NCBI GenBank assembly: GCA_009777825.1
Contig: WRLA01000003.1
Span: forward strand, 4,898 to 68,897
Reading direction: 5' to 3'
Origin: Bacteroidales bacterium
Lineage (GTDB): Bacteria; Bacteroidota; Bacteroidia; Bacteroidales; WRLA01
DNA length: 64,000 nt
Within the stretch, counting starts at the first letter, position 1. Every line of letters begins with the position of its first letter. Below the pieces are notes generated by a model. It did not search any database. It had not been told where the DNA came from and saw only the letters and a list, made by a program, of their open reading frames with translations. Position numbers and translations under genes: made by a program. Shown here piece by piece: positions 40,584 to 51,256 of this stretch.

Positions 40584-40739
40584 GATGGGTGCAAAGGTAC
40601 GGTTTTTTTTGCGATGTGAGATTTGAGATTGTGAGATTATTAACCCCTAACCCCGCTCAGTTTAGGTAGTCTATCACGATAGCAATAACCTCTTTCTCAA
40701 TCCGGCAACACACTGAATGCGCTCCAAGAGACATAGCCG

Positions 40740-41096
40740 TTACCATTGGTTAATCAAACGAATATTTGTCCAAGTTAGATTCTCTACGCACTGCGTAGAG
40801 AATTGGTTAAAATCGGGAAAAACTAAATAAAATTGTCTGACATTCCACAAATTTGCCTCCGAAAAACCTTTACCAATCGTATCTGATAAATATCGTGATA
40901 GGTTTGTGATTAGGTAATCGCCGTAGTTGGCACGGTTTTGTCCGTGTTGTTCCTGTTCAATAATACGTTTGCCGATTTGCCAATAAGTTTGCACCATTAT
41001 TGTATTAACTGTTTTGTAAACAGATTTTCGCGCTTGTTTCAGTAATTCATTGATTTCGCTGTAAAACATATTTTCATTTTTCGATAATTCAGACAT
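40740..41096 (-). pseudogene. DUF1016/YhcG N-terminal fragment
   Basis: VNTIMVQTYWQIGKRIIEQEQ.G..RA.YG, GFSEANL..RQFY; nuclease half absent. Confidence 0.8.
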
Positions 41097-41176
41097 AACG
41101 ATTATTTTTTGCAAAAATACACTTTTTATTTGAAATCTTGATTTGGTTTATTTTTCTTCGCCAAAAGTTCTTTCCT

Positions 41177-42283
41177 TTATTTTTCATTCTCAACTATCAA
41201 CTCATAATTTGTACTCCGTCCTCCCGCTTCATCTTGTTTCAAAATGCCTTTTTCTATTAAATCTTTTATGTCTCTTAAAGCGGTGTCCGAAGAAATTTTC
41301 GTCATTTTTGCCCACTTCGAGGAAGTAAGTTTGCCATAGAAATTATCGAATAGTTTGTTGACAATAAGTTTTTGACGTTCATTGAGTTGAGTGTTTTTGT
41401 GTTTTTCCCAAAAATTTGCCTTGCGAAACACACTTTTAAGAGTAATTTCTGTGTTAAGCAACGAGTTTTTCAAACAATTAAGAAACCAATTTAGCCAAAA
41501 CGTTATATCTGAATCACTATGTTGAGTATTTCCCAATGCTGAATAATATTTCTTTCTCTCTTTCAAAATTTGGTTTGACATGCTGTAAAATCGTTGCGGA
41601 CTACCATCGCTACGAGCCAATAGCATATCAGAAATGGCTCTTGCAATACGCCCGTTTCCGTCGTCAAATGGGTGAATTGTTACAAACCATAAATGAGCAA
41701 TGGCAGATTTTATGACTGAATCAATTTGGGATTTTTCATTTACCCAACTGATAAATTTATCCATTTCTGTCTTCACATTTTTTGCTTCAACTGCTTCGTA
41801 ATGAACCTTTTCCTGTCCCATTGCTCCTGAAACCACCTGCATTTCTCCTGTGCGATATTGTCCAACTTCAATTTTATACATTCCGCTTCTACCTGAAGGG
41901 AAAAGCGCCGAATGCCAACCGAAAAGTCGGCCTTCGCTTAAATCATCGGTGTAATTTTGAGTTGCGTCAAGTAACATTTCCACAACCCCTTCTACATTTC
42001 TGTCAATAAATTCTAACCCTCCTGTTTCCAAGCCCAAACGCTTTGCAATAGAAGAACGAACTTGTTTACGATTAAGTTTTTCACCCTCTATCTCAGACGA
42101 TTTCATAATATCAAGGGTTAAAGTTTCAAGCACTGCTTCTGATTTCAATGAAAATCCCAAAGCATTCATTGTGCCCAATAATTTGCCCTGTAAATTACGA
42201 ACTTTGCCAAGTACGACGGCTATTTTACTGTAATCCCAAGTAAAATCTGTCCAATTTTCACGCTGATAAATGTACTTTGCCAT
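41177..42283 (-). CDS. Fic family protein (DUF4172 N-terminus, C-terminal wHTH)
   Basis: IHPFDDGNGRIAR; SSDTALRDI. Confidence 0.92.
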   Translation of the reverse strand: MAKYIYQRENWTDFTWDYSKIAVVLGKVRNLQGKLLGTMNALGFSLKSEAVLETLTLDIMKSSEIEGEKLNRKQVRSSIAKRLGLETGGLEFIDRNVEGVVEMLLDATQNYTDDLSEGRLFGWHSALFPSGRSGMYKIEVGQYRTGEMQVVSGAMGQEKVHYEAVEAKNVKTEMDKFISWVNEKSQIDSVIKSAIAHLWFVTIHPFDDGNGRIARAISDMLLARSDGSPQRFYSMSNQILKERKKYYSALGNTQHSDSDITFWLNWFLNCLKNSLLNTEITLKSVFRKANFWEKHKNTQLNERQKLIVNKLFDNFYGKLTSSKWAKMTKISSDTALRDIKDLIEKGILKQDEAGGRSTNYELIVENEK

Positions 42284-42296
42284 ATCAAATAAATTT

Positions 42297-42362
42297 TGCG
42301 GCGAATATACATAATATTTTCCGCATTTTATGCGGCGAAAAAATGTTTTTTTCGCCGCATAA
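42297..42362. promoter_or_regulatory. Repeated TGCGGCGAA operator-like sites upstream of fic
   Basis: Three copies; two form a 15-bp inverted repeat. Confidence 0.55.
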
Positions 42363-43001
42363 GATTTTCTGCTTTTTTGCTGCCATTTCGCCTCGTTTTC
42401 GCCAATTATAGCCATCTTCTACCTATACCGCAAATAAATAAGTTCATGCCAATAAAACGACGCGAACGTTATCTATCCATCCTTGCGATAAAACAGTTGT
42501 TGAAAGTTTAGTTACACAAGAACAAAAGCAAAGTAGATGTTGTAACTTATTGATTATTAAAGTAAAAAGCCCACTTTTACTTCTCGTGGGTAACAAATGA
42601 GTAACAAAACAGCCTTTTTTTGGCTTTTTAGTGGGCTTTTCACGGCAAAGATACAAAAAATTATTTATTCGGCATAGGGACTGTTCAAAACGTAAACTTT
42701 TTTAGTCGCTGCCGGTAAAATTGACGGCAGTAGTATTTCGTCATTTTATTTCTATTAGTTTTTTCATGTGTAACTGAAAAGGAAAAGCACTGCCGCCACC
42801 CCGCCGCCTCTGCTTCTTATAAAGTACCTTTTGTTCAATTACCCCGTGAGTGTACATACGTCATGGTGTTTGTGTTTATGCCATGCTGATAATCAATGAA
42901 ATCAATGATTATGTTATTTCAGATTACTTTTGAGGTTAAAACATTGATTGTCAGTTAAAAATTACTGCATTGGTGGTTTTTTGACAAAAAAAGACAGTGT
43001 G

Positions 43002-43103
43002 TTTTTGAGCCTTTTTTGAGCCATTTTTGAGCCTTTTTTGAGCCTTTTTTGACAATTAATATTACTGTGTTATCTACCGTCATTTACCGCCATTTACCGC
43101 CAT
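43002..43103. repeat. Iteron-like direct repeats
   Basis: TTTTTGAGCC(T/A) x4.5 and CATTTACCGC x~3. Confidence 0.75.
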
Positions 43104-43131
43104 TCCCAACGTTTGCAGTCGTGCCGCCTGT

Positions 43132-43473
43132 TTAATCTTCAATGCCGTGATTTTTCCGTATCTGTGCAAATGGGTCTATCGGGGGCAAAAAGTCATATCC
43201 TATCCGTATAACTTGTTCTTTGTCGCCATCTGTACCATCAAAGGTATAATGTTTGTTGCTTGTCTCCAAACGCTTACTGACAATGTACGGCAAAAGTCCG
43301 TTTATCATTTGCCACCGTTCCTTTGGTTCTAACTTCGCTAAATCGGCTTCCAACGTTTTCATGTTATTTTGCAAAATATCAAATATCCATTCTCTTACAT
43401 TCTTTGTAACCTTGTTTGGCGTTCCCTTTGGTCGCCCGTGTGGATTGCCCGTTTGTCCTTTTTTTTGTGCCAT
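43132..43473 (-). CDS. DUF5681-like protein (GNPxGRPKG)
   Basis: MAQKKGQTGNPHGRPKGTPNKVT. Confidence 0.75.
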   Translation of the reverse strand: MAQKKGQTGNPHGRPKGTPNKVTKNVREWIFDILQNNMKTLEADLAKLEPKERWQMINGLLPYIVSKRLETSNKHYTFDGTDGDKEQVIRIGYDFLPPIDPFAQIRKNHGIED

Positions 43474-43612
43474 AATTCAAAATTTTAAAATATGTAGATG
43501 ATTGTTGTTTTCATATTTTCATGGTAACGGTTTTTTTACTGTTTATAATATACTGATGTTTCCATTTTTGGCAACATTTACAAGTTATTATATTTAAGTG
43601 TAAATGGCACTT

Positions 43613-44332
43613 TTAGCGTGCATATTTTGCAACGTCAAAAATGGCGGTTTCCAACTCCGTAACCAAGTCGTTTTTGTTTCCATTTTTGGCAACAATCATT
43701 TTGTTTAACTCTGCCTTTAACTTTGCATAATCGGAACGGCTGCTAAATTTCCGTTCTGCTTTCAGTTCATTCAAAAACTCGCTGATAATATCCTGTCCTT
43801 GTTGCTGCAACAAATAAGAAAATAACGCCTCTTTTGCCTCTTTTTTACTGCTTACATTGTCTATCATAAAATCTCTGCTTTTTAATTTTTGTATTGTTTT
43901 AAATTCATTGTACCATTGTTGCACGATTGCATAATAAAAAACCTCGTCATACAACGTTGCACCGGTTACATCGGTTTTAAATTGTTTTGCTACTCTTTTG
44001 GTTATTCTCATTTCATACCTCAAAAGGTTGTCGTTTTTAAAAATATCCGGCACTTTCGTATTGCTGTTTTTTGCCTCTTTTACTTTGTCGTAAAGTATTA
44101 ATTGCCGCTGATGATTGTTGTAGTATAGCGTATCGGCGTTGCTTTGCAGTCGGTTGAAATATGGTTTTTGTCCCAAAAAAGTGTAATAGTCGGGGGGTGG
44201 TCTTTTTGTAGGAATAACGGTTGAAACGTCCAAACGTAATGCCTTTGCTATCCCTATATCAAAGTGGAGGTTGTCGCTCAACTTTTCAATGGCTTGCTGT
44301 GTACTGCTTCTTTGTAGTGTGTGGATATGGTG
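43613..44332 (-). pseudogene. Phage/plasmid replication protein gene II/X family, 5'-disrupted
   Basis: AIEKLSDNLH..RLDV..TLYY..LILYDKVKE..LLRYEMR; N-terminus replaced by a repeat cluster. Confidence 0.7.
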
Positions 44333-44437
44333 CGTCATTGCGAGGAGGAACGACGAAGCAATCCAGAGTAATTCTCTGTGAAACTCCGTGCTCTCTCCCC
44401 CTTTGGGGGAGCCGGAGGGGGCTGTCTCTGTGCTGAA
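44333..44437. repeat. Three-family nested repeat cluster
   Basis: CGTCATTGCGAG..GCAATCC (44333-44364), then a CTCTGTG..CTCTGTGCTGAA half containing CTCCCCCTTTGGGGGAGCCGGAGGGGG (44395-44421). Confidence 0.8.
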
Positions 44438-44502
44438 AAAACAAAATGCTAAAATATTTCTCTTGTGCCCTCGTTATTTTTTAATATCATTCACACCGAA
44501 TT

Positions 44503-46065
44503 ATGGATAAAATATCAATTTTATGGGTTGACGACGAGATAGAGATTCTCAAGCCCCACATTATGTTTTTAGAACAAAAAGGCTACGTATGCGACACGAT
44601 AAACAACGGGCGTGATGCGCTCGACATGATAGAGAAGGGAAATTACGACATCGTCTTTCTGGACGAACACATGCCCGGACTTTCGGGATTGGAGACGTTG
44701 ACGGTGATAAAAAACATCGCCCCGGCGCTGCCCGTGGTGATGATCACCAAGAGCGAGGAAGAGCATGTGATGGAAGGCGCCATCGGCAGCAGCATCGCCG
44801 ACTATTTGATAAAGCCGGTCAATCCGCACCAAATATTGCTGGCGTTGAAGAAAATCATGGACAGCCGCGCCATCGTAAGTTCAAAGACATCCTCCGACTA
44901 CCAACAGCAATTCCGTCAAATCAGCATGGAGATAAGCGGAGGCTTGGACCACGAACAGTGGATGGACATCTATAAACGCTTGGTCAACTGGGAGTTGAAG
45001 TTAGAAAAGTCCGACGACGAGAGCATGCACGAGATTTTGCAGATGCAGAAAGAAGAAGCCAATACGGTATTTTGCAAGTATTACCAAAACTCGTATGAGG
45101 AGTGGCTCAAGGGCAATCAGCCGGATCGTCCGGTGTTTTCTCATACTGTGTTGAAAGAGAAACTGTTCCCGTTGCTCAACAGCAATCCCAAGAAGCCGGT
45201 TTTTCTAATAGTCGTTGATAATTTGCGTTTCGACCAGTGGAAAGCCATCGCGCCGCTGTTGGAACGTTTCTACCGCGTGAAAAAGGAAGAGATGTACTAC
45301 AGCATCCTCCCGACCACGACCCAATATGCCCGCAACAGTTTCTTCGCCGGCTTGATGCCCAGCGAGATAGAACGCAAATACCCGCAATACTGGCTCAACG
45401 AAACCGACGAAGGCGGCAAAAACAACTGCGAATCGGAACTCTTGGAGATGCTGCTGAAACGCTACGGCATCAACATCCGGCACTCCTACAACAAAATATT
45501 AAACTTGGATGCCGGCAGAAAACTCTCGGAAAACATCGCCAACTACTTTAACAACAAGTTGAACGTCATCGTCTATAACTTCGTGGACATGCTCTCCCAC
45601 GCACGCACGGAGATGGAAATCATCAGAGAACTTGCCAACGACGAGAAAGCCTACCGCTCGCTCACGCTCTCGTGGCTTGAACATTCGCCGCTTTACGACA
45701 TCCTGCGCACGTTAGCGTCTCATAATGTGGACGTTGTCATCACCACCGACCACGGCTCGGTACGCGTGGTAAAACCGGTAAAAGTCATCGGTGACAGAGA
45801 AACCAGCACCAACCTGCGCTACAAAACCGGTCGCAACCTCAACTACAACGCCAAAGAGGTCTTCGAGGTGCGCGACCCGCAAAAGATATTCCTGCCCAAA
45901 AACAACATTACCTCCTCATTCATCTTTGCCCGTAGCGGCGACTTCTTAGTCTATCCGAACAACTACAACCACCACGTGAAGTACTACGACAGCACCTTCC
46001 AACATGGCGGCATCTCAATGGAAGAGGTGATGATCCCGTTTATAACGCTGCAACCGAAAGCGTAG
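44503..46065 (+). CDS. porX: T9SS response regulator, receiver + PglZ domain
   Basis: ILWVDDEI, MITKSEEE, SILPTTTQYARN, TTDHG, FQHGGISMEE. Confidence 0.9.
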   Translation: MDKISILWVDDEIEILKPHIMFLEQKGYVCDTINNGRDALDMIEKGNYDIVFLDEHMPGLSGLETLTVIKNIAPALPVVMITKSEEEHVMEGAIGSSIADYLIKPVNPHQILLALKKIMDSRAIVSSKTSSDYQQQFRQISMEISGGLDHEQWMDIYKRLVNWELKLEKSDDESMHEILQMQKEEANTVFCKYYQNSYEEWLKGNQPDRPVFSHTVLKEKLFPLLNSNPKKPVFLIVVDNLRFDQWKAIAPLLERFYRVKKEEMYYSILPTTTQYARNSFFAGLMPSEIERKYPQYWLNETDEGGKNNCESELLEMLLKRYGINIRHSYNKILNLDAGRKLSENIANYFNNKLNVIVYNFVDMLSHARTEMEIIRELANDEKAYRSLTLSWLEHSPLYDILRTLASHNVDVVITTDHGSVRVVKPVKVIGDRETSTNLRYKTGRNLNYNAKEVFEVRDPQKIFLPKNNITSSFIFARSGDFLVYPNNYNHHVKYYDSTFQHGGISMEEVMIPFITLQPKA

Positions 46066-46068
46066 AGT

Positions 46069-47370
46069 ATGGGAGTGTTTCGCAACATGTTTTCGGCATT
46101 GTACCACCGGGACTTCAGAAATTTCTGGTTCGGGCAGGTCGTCTCTACTACCGGCAGTATGATTCAGGTAACGGTGTTGAGTTGGTATATCTATCAGATC
46201 AGTGGCTCGCCGTTTTTGTTGGGGTTGATGGGGGTTTTCGAGTTCGGACCGGTACTGGTTTTGATACTGTTCGTCGGAGTGCTTATCGAGCGTTTTCCGA
46301 AGCGTAACATTCTGATTTTCACGCAGGCGCTGTTGTTAGTGCAGTCGTTGTTGCTGGCTCTTTTGGTGTGGACGGGTTCCACCAACTATTGGCTTTTCGC
46401 CATGTTGGCGCTGATTGGCGGCATCTCTATGAGCATTGACCAGCCGACGCGGCAGTCTTATTTCGTAGAGTTGGTCGGCGAGAAAGACCTCCCTAACGCC
46501 ATCTCGTTAAACTCCACTACGTTCAACCTGGCACGCATTATCGGTCCCATCATTGCCGGCATTGTGATGAAATACGTCGGCGCAGCGCAGTGCTTCTTGC
46601 TGAACGGATTGAGTTTCATCCCCGTTTTATATACGATATCGCTGATTAAAATCAATAAAAAGCCCAATCCAGACATTTTTGAGCGGCAGATTTTCCATGG
46701 CATCAAAAAAGGATTTCAATACGCCGTCAAAAATCGGAACATATTCCCTACTTTCCTGATAATGTTGATGGTATGCACTTTTGCCATGAATTACGGCGTC
46801 ATCCTTCCGGTTTTGGCGAAAGATGTGTTGTCGGGCGATGAGTCCACCTACAGCCTTCTCATGTCCATCTTTGGGATGGGTTCGCTGTGCGGGGCGTTGT
46901 TTATGGGAAGCCGAGGGCAGCACATCTCCAACAAAAACTTCTTGGTGATGGTGGCGTTGTGCATGGCGGCGTTGCAAATAACAGCGTTTTTTACTACGAC
47001 TACGCTCAGTAGCCAATGGTCTCTTGTCGTCGTTTCCATCTTGCTGGCGTGCATCGGCTTCCTGATATTTTGTTTTCTCAACCGCGCCAACACCCGCATC
47101 CAACTCAACACCTCCGACGACTACCGCAGCCGCATCATGAGCATCTACATCCTCATCACCACCGGCACCGCCCCGCTCGGACACACCTTCTCCGGCTTTA
47201 TCATGAAACAGTTCGGCGGAGCGCACGCATTTTTATTCAACGGTTCAATAACGCTTGTGATGGTCGGTGTTCTATACCTTGTCTATCACAATTATCTTGT
47301 AAAAGCAAGAGTCGTCCCTGTTTCGGAGAAAGACAGGCAAGATATTGCTAATATTCTAAATCGAGAATAG
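46069..47370 (+). CDS. MFS transporter
   Basis: About 12 TM; RDFRNFWFGQ, NAISLNS..FNLARIIGP. Confidence 0.9.
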   Translation: MGVFRNMFSALYHRDFRNFWFGQVVSTTGSMIQVTVLSWYIYQISGSPFLLGLMGVFEFGPVLVLILFVGVLIERFPKRNILIFTQALLLVQSLLLALLVWTGSTNYWLFAMLALIGGISMSIDQPTRQSYFVELVGEKDLPNAISLNSTTFNLARIIGPIIAGIVMKYVGAAQCFLLNGLSFIPVLYTISLIKINKKPNPDIFERQIFHGIKKGFQYAVKNRNIFPTFLIMLMVCTFAMNYGVILPVLAKDVLSGDESTYSLLMSIFGMGSLCGALFMGSRGQHISNKNFLVMVALCMAALQITAFFTTTTLSSQWSLVVVSILLACIGFLIFCFLNRANTRIQLNTSDDYRSRIMSIYILITTGTAPLGHTFSGFIMKQFGGAHAFLFNGSITLVMVGVLYLVYHNYLVKARVVPVSEKDRQDIANILNRE

Positions 47371-47558
47371 GGAAGTTTCCCAAAACTCCATACACCGTTC
47401 CGTTTTCTCTATTGTGAATCAAAGGGATTCTCAGCGCTCATATCATACTGAATAGCAGCGAGCGTCATTTGGAAGACATCAATTCAAAGAGAAATAGAAA
47501 AATATACTATCTTTGCACTTTAAAAACTTTATGCATCAAGGAAGAAGAATATCATAAA

Positions 47559-47936
47559 ATGACCTCAAAAAAAACAGATTGTTCGATTGTCGCCTCCGTT
47601 TTCAACGAAGAAGAAAGCGTGATGATGTTTTACAAATTCATCAACAGCATCTCTTCTTTCTCCAAAGTCCCCTTGCAGTTGGGCATTTTCACGGGATTGA
47701 TTTTTAGCGCTATCAGCCTGATTTTGATTGTATTTTCTTTGGTGATGTGGATACTCGAAAAAACCATTCCGGGCTACACCACCTTAATCATATTTATGAG
47801 CGCCTTTGCGGGCATTCAACTTTTTGTAACCGGACTGATAGGACAATATATTAGTTACGTTTTTGACGAGGTGAAAGGACGACCGCCTTATATTGTGGAT
47901 GAGGTTTATGGAGGTGAAAATGAAAAAAATAATTGA
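47559..47936 (+). pseudogene. Internally deleted GtrB-like GT2 glycosyltransferase
   Basis: SIVASVFNEEE joined directly to SFSKVPL..2 TM..GLIGQYI..EVKGRPPYIV. Confidence 0.75.
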
Positions 47937-50361
47937 ATTCATAAAAAAATATATCATTGCGATATCTGTTTTTTGGATATTAGGCGCTTTACTAAAAACA
48001 TCTGAAACCATTTATTTTATTCAACTGGAAGAAAGTTTTACTTTTAATGATTTCTTAAAAAGCATTCTCTCTTTAATAATTGTCTATAGTTTTTATTCCA
48101 TACTGTTACTTCCGATTTACGCTATTTTTAATGTTTTAAATAGAGCGCTTGCGAGAAGCATTATCTCCATTGTTTTTTCATCGCTTATCCTTTTAGAAAC
48201 AGGGCTAACCGTTTATTTGTTTCATACAGGCTCTTTAATAGGCGCCGAATTAATTATTCGCCCCATTTCCGAAGTTATAGCGACGATAGCAACCGTTGTA
48301 AATCTTTGGGTTCCCATAGCGGGAATTATTTTTGTCCCCATAATGTTTTATCTCCTTCTATCTTTTTTAAACAAGAAAAAATGGAGTAACAAAGCATTAC
48401 TAACTATCTCCATACTTGCTTTAATCCCGGCATCATCTATAGCATTGCTCCCCAAATTATATGATGGTGCGAAAAATTCAACAATAAGGAATTATATACA
48501 AAACAAAAGTTTTTACTGCTTTAATTCAATCGTATCACATTGTTTATCGGGAAGAACGTATGGTGATATTGTTTTTGAAAAACAAAGAATAAAAGAGTTT
48601 ATGCAAGAGAATCCCGAAAGAAAAATTATTAATAAATATTATCCATTAGAAAGAGAATACGAGCGCCACAATATATTAGCGCCCTATTTTAAACCCGATA
48701 CCGTAAAACCAAATATTGTAATCGTTGTTTTAGAATCATTGGGAAGAGAATGGAACGAACCCAACCATAACGAAGTCTCCTTTACCCCATTTCTCGATTC
48801 GTTGGCAAAAACAGGACTTTACTGGAAAAATTGCATATCAACAACTAAAAGAAGTTTTGGAGCAGTTCCGTCCATCACGGGTTCATTGCCATTCGGAGTA
48901 AAAGGGTTCCAGTTCGGCAACATGCCGGAACATCACTCGCTCATAAAAATTCTGAAAATCAACAATTATAAAACCAATGCTTTTTATGCCGGCACTTTTT
49001 ATTTTGACGCAATCAATGATTATTTATTAGCGCAAGAGATTGACTATATGTCTGAAAACTATTACATTGACTATGGAAAAAATAAAACAGAAGACAACGG
49101 GATATCCTATTGGGGCTATCACGACAGTATTATATATGCCAAAGCACTACAAGACCAAAACTTTTTAAATGACACGACCCCGCTGTTCAATCTTTTTGTT
49201 ACGACTTCCGGTCATCAGGAGGCAGAGAAAAATAATCCGTACTTTCAAAGAGCATACAAATTAGCCCATGAGATAATTCTATCTGCCCCAAAAGAAAAAC
49301 AGGAAAGTTATTTAAAACAAATCGACAGGAGCGCAGCCATCTTATATCAGGATTTGTGCCTGAAAGATTTTTTTGAGCGTTATAAAAAAAGAAAGTCTTT
49401 TGAAAACACAATTTTTGTTTTTACCGGAGACCATTCGAGTGGACTGATGAAAAAAAATGATTTATCTCTTTTTCACGTTCCGTTAATCATTTGGTCGCCG
49501 CTGTTGTTACATCATAAGACTTTCCCCGCTTTGGTGTCGCATAATGATTTTGTCCCTACCATGGAGGCTTTGTTAAAAGAAAATTATAACCTTCAATCTT
49601 CTCAATATGTTCATTGGCTTGGAAATGCGCTAGATACATCATCACAGTTCGTTTCTAACGTGAAAACCGTGATGTTTGACTATTCCGGCGGATACAAAGA
49701 TTTGATTTACAACAACTATTATTATAACCATCAACTATACGAAATCCAAAATGAAAATTTAGATCTGAAAGAAATTCAAAACAACTCTTTAAAAGAATTG
49801 ATGCACAACAAATTGGATTTATATAAGTACATTCACAAATACGTCTATCTCAACGACAAATTAACAAATCACCCTCTCTTTGCAAAAACAAACTATCAAA
49901 CAATAATAGATATGTTTATTAAAGATACAACCATACTTTTTGAATCTGTACCGCAATGGAAAGATGTCATTGTATATCCGAAAACCAATATCGAAGGCAC
50001 ATGGGAAAAAATAAAAATATCGTTGACCGCAGATATTATGTTTCTTGCACTGCCTGAAAACCAACAATTTTATAACTTTGTCATCGAGTGTAAAGGACAA
50101 AATATGCAAAATGCTGATACTTACCACGATCGCATCAATAAATACATTATGGTAGAAGACCTTGAACCGGAAAGATGGTATCCTTTAAATATAGGGAAAC
50201 AATTTATGGTGGATGATGTTTCCGATATAAAAGTAAAAGTGTATTTTTGCATGGACAGTAACAAACCTGAAAATCATTCGGAATTGAAAAATATTAGAAT
50301 TTTAATAGAAGGAATAAAAATAAACGATGACAATGACACATCTCTTTCAACAAACCTTTAA
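47920..50361 (+). CDS. LTA synthase/sulfatase family membrane protein
   Basis: N-terminal TMs; PNIVIVVLES, TPFLDSL, WGYHD, FTGDH, HVPLII. Confidence 0.88.
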   Translation: MKKIIEFIKKYIIAISVFWILGALLKTSETIYFIQLEESFTFNDFLKSILSLIIVYSFYSILLLPIYAIFNVLNRALARSIISIVFSSLILLETGLTVYLFHTGSLIGAELIIRPISEVIATIATVVNLWVPIAGIIFVPIMFYLLLSFLNKKKWSNKALLTISILALIPASSIALLPKLYDGAKNSTIRNYIQNKSFYCFNSIVSHCLSGRTYGDIVFEKQRIKEFMQENPERKIINKYYPLEREYERHNILAPYFKPDTVKPNIVIVVLESLGREWNEPNHNEVSFTPFLDSLAKTGLYWKNCISTTKRSFGAVPSITGSLPFGVKGFQFGNMPEHHSLIKILKINNYKTNAFYAGTFYFDAINDYLLAQEIDYMSENYYIDYGKNKTEDNGISYWGYHDSIIYAKALQDQNFLNDTTPLFNLFVTTSGHQEAEKNNPYFQRAYKLAHEIILSAPKEKQESYLKQIDRSAAILYQDLCLKDFFERYKKRKSFENTIFVFTGDHSSGLMKKNDLSLFHVPLIIWSPLLLHHKTFPALVSHNDFVPTMEALLKENYNLQSSQYVHWLGNALDTSSQFVSNVKTVMFDYSGGYKDLIYNNYYYNHQLYEIQNENLDLKEIQNNSLKELMHNKLDLYKYIHKYVYLNDKLTNHPLFAKTNYQTIIDMFIKDTTILFESVPQWKDVIVYPKTNIEGTWEKIKISLTADIMFLALPENQQFYNFVIECKGQNMQNADTYHDRINKYIMVEDLEPERWYPLNIGKQFMVDDVSDIKVKVYFCMDSNKPENHSELKNIRILIEGIKINDDNDTSLSTNL

Positions 50362-51187
50362 CCCCAGAACCGTAGGGTTGTTCATAGCAACAATCTTTGT
50401 ATTAACAGCCTCTTCCTGCAAAAAGGAATATTGCAATTGTGGCGGCGGTGATGATAACGAAAGTTATTGGGAATATTTCATCGCGCACGCCGGCGGAGCC
50501 ATTAACGGCATAAACTATACCAACTGCCTCGAAGCATTGGATCTGTCATACAGCAAAGGCTGCAAATTATTTGAACTCGATTTAATAACAACTACCGACA
50601 ACAGATTTGTTGCCGCACATCACTGGGAATACTACAAGACCATCACTGATTATCCCGGAACAATAGACAATACACCATTGAGTGAGGAGGAATTTCTATC
50701 ATTCAAAATTCACGGGAAATACACTCCGATGAACATGGATGCCATAAATCTCTGGTTTCAGAATCATCCGGACGCCATCTTGGTAACCGATAAAACAAAT
50801 GACCCGGAAAAAATTTATAATGATTTTCTATTTCGGGACAGAGTTATCATGGAACTGTTCTCTTGGGAAGCCATTGATAAAGCGATAATGTTGGGAGTAA
50901 AGCCATTAATTACCGAAAGTTTGTTTTTTGATACTCCGAATATTGAACAGATTTTTGAAGAGAAAAATATAGAATACTTCGGAATGGGGCGCTATCGTAT
51001 GCTGGGGAACGAAAATCTCCTCAGACGACTGAAAGAAAAAGGAATGAAAAATTACGTTTGGGGTTTGGAGTCAAAAATAAATGGACACCCCCCCGAACAA
51101 TACGTCTGGAACTATGAAATGAACTTCTGCTACGGCATGTATGCCAATGATTTGGATTTATTAACTTCGTTACTCAATGAACAATAA
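50327..51187 (+). CDS. Glycerophosphodiester phosphodiesterase-like lipoprotein
   Basis: Lipobox ASSC; IAHAGG..YTN..EA..FELD..HHW; LVTDK. Confidence 0.7.
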   Translation: MTMTHLFQQTFNPRTVGLFIATIFVLTASSCKKEYCNCGGGDDNESYWEYFIAHAGGAINGINYTNCLEALDLSYSKGCKLFELDLITTTDNRFVAAHHWEYYKTITDYPGTIDNTPLSEEEFLSFKIHGKYTPMNMDAINLWFQNHPDAILVTDKTNDPEKIYNDFLFRDRVIMELFSWEAIDKAIMLGVKPLITESLFFDTPNIEQIFEEKNIEYFGMGRYRMLGNENLLRRLKEKGMKNYVWGLESKINGHPPEQYVWNYEMNFCYGMYANDLDLLTSLLNEQ

Positions 51188-51256
51188 TAGTATGAAAGGA
51201 AAGATCACTCCAGGTACCAGTTAAAAAATCGGCAATCAAAAAAAATGTATCTTTGC

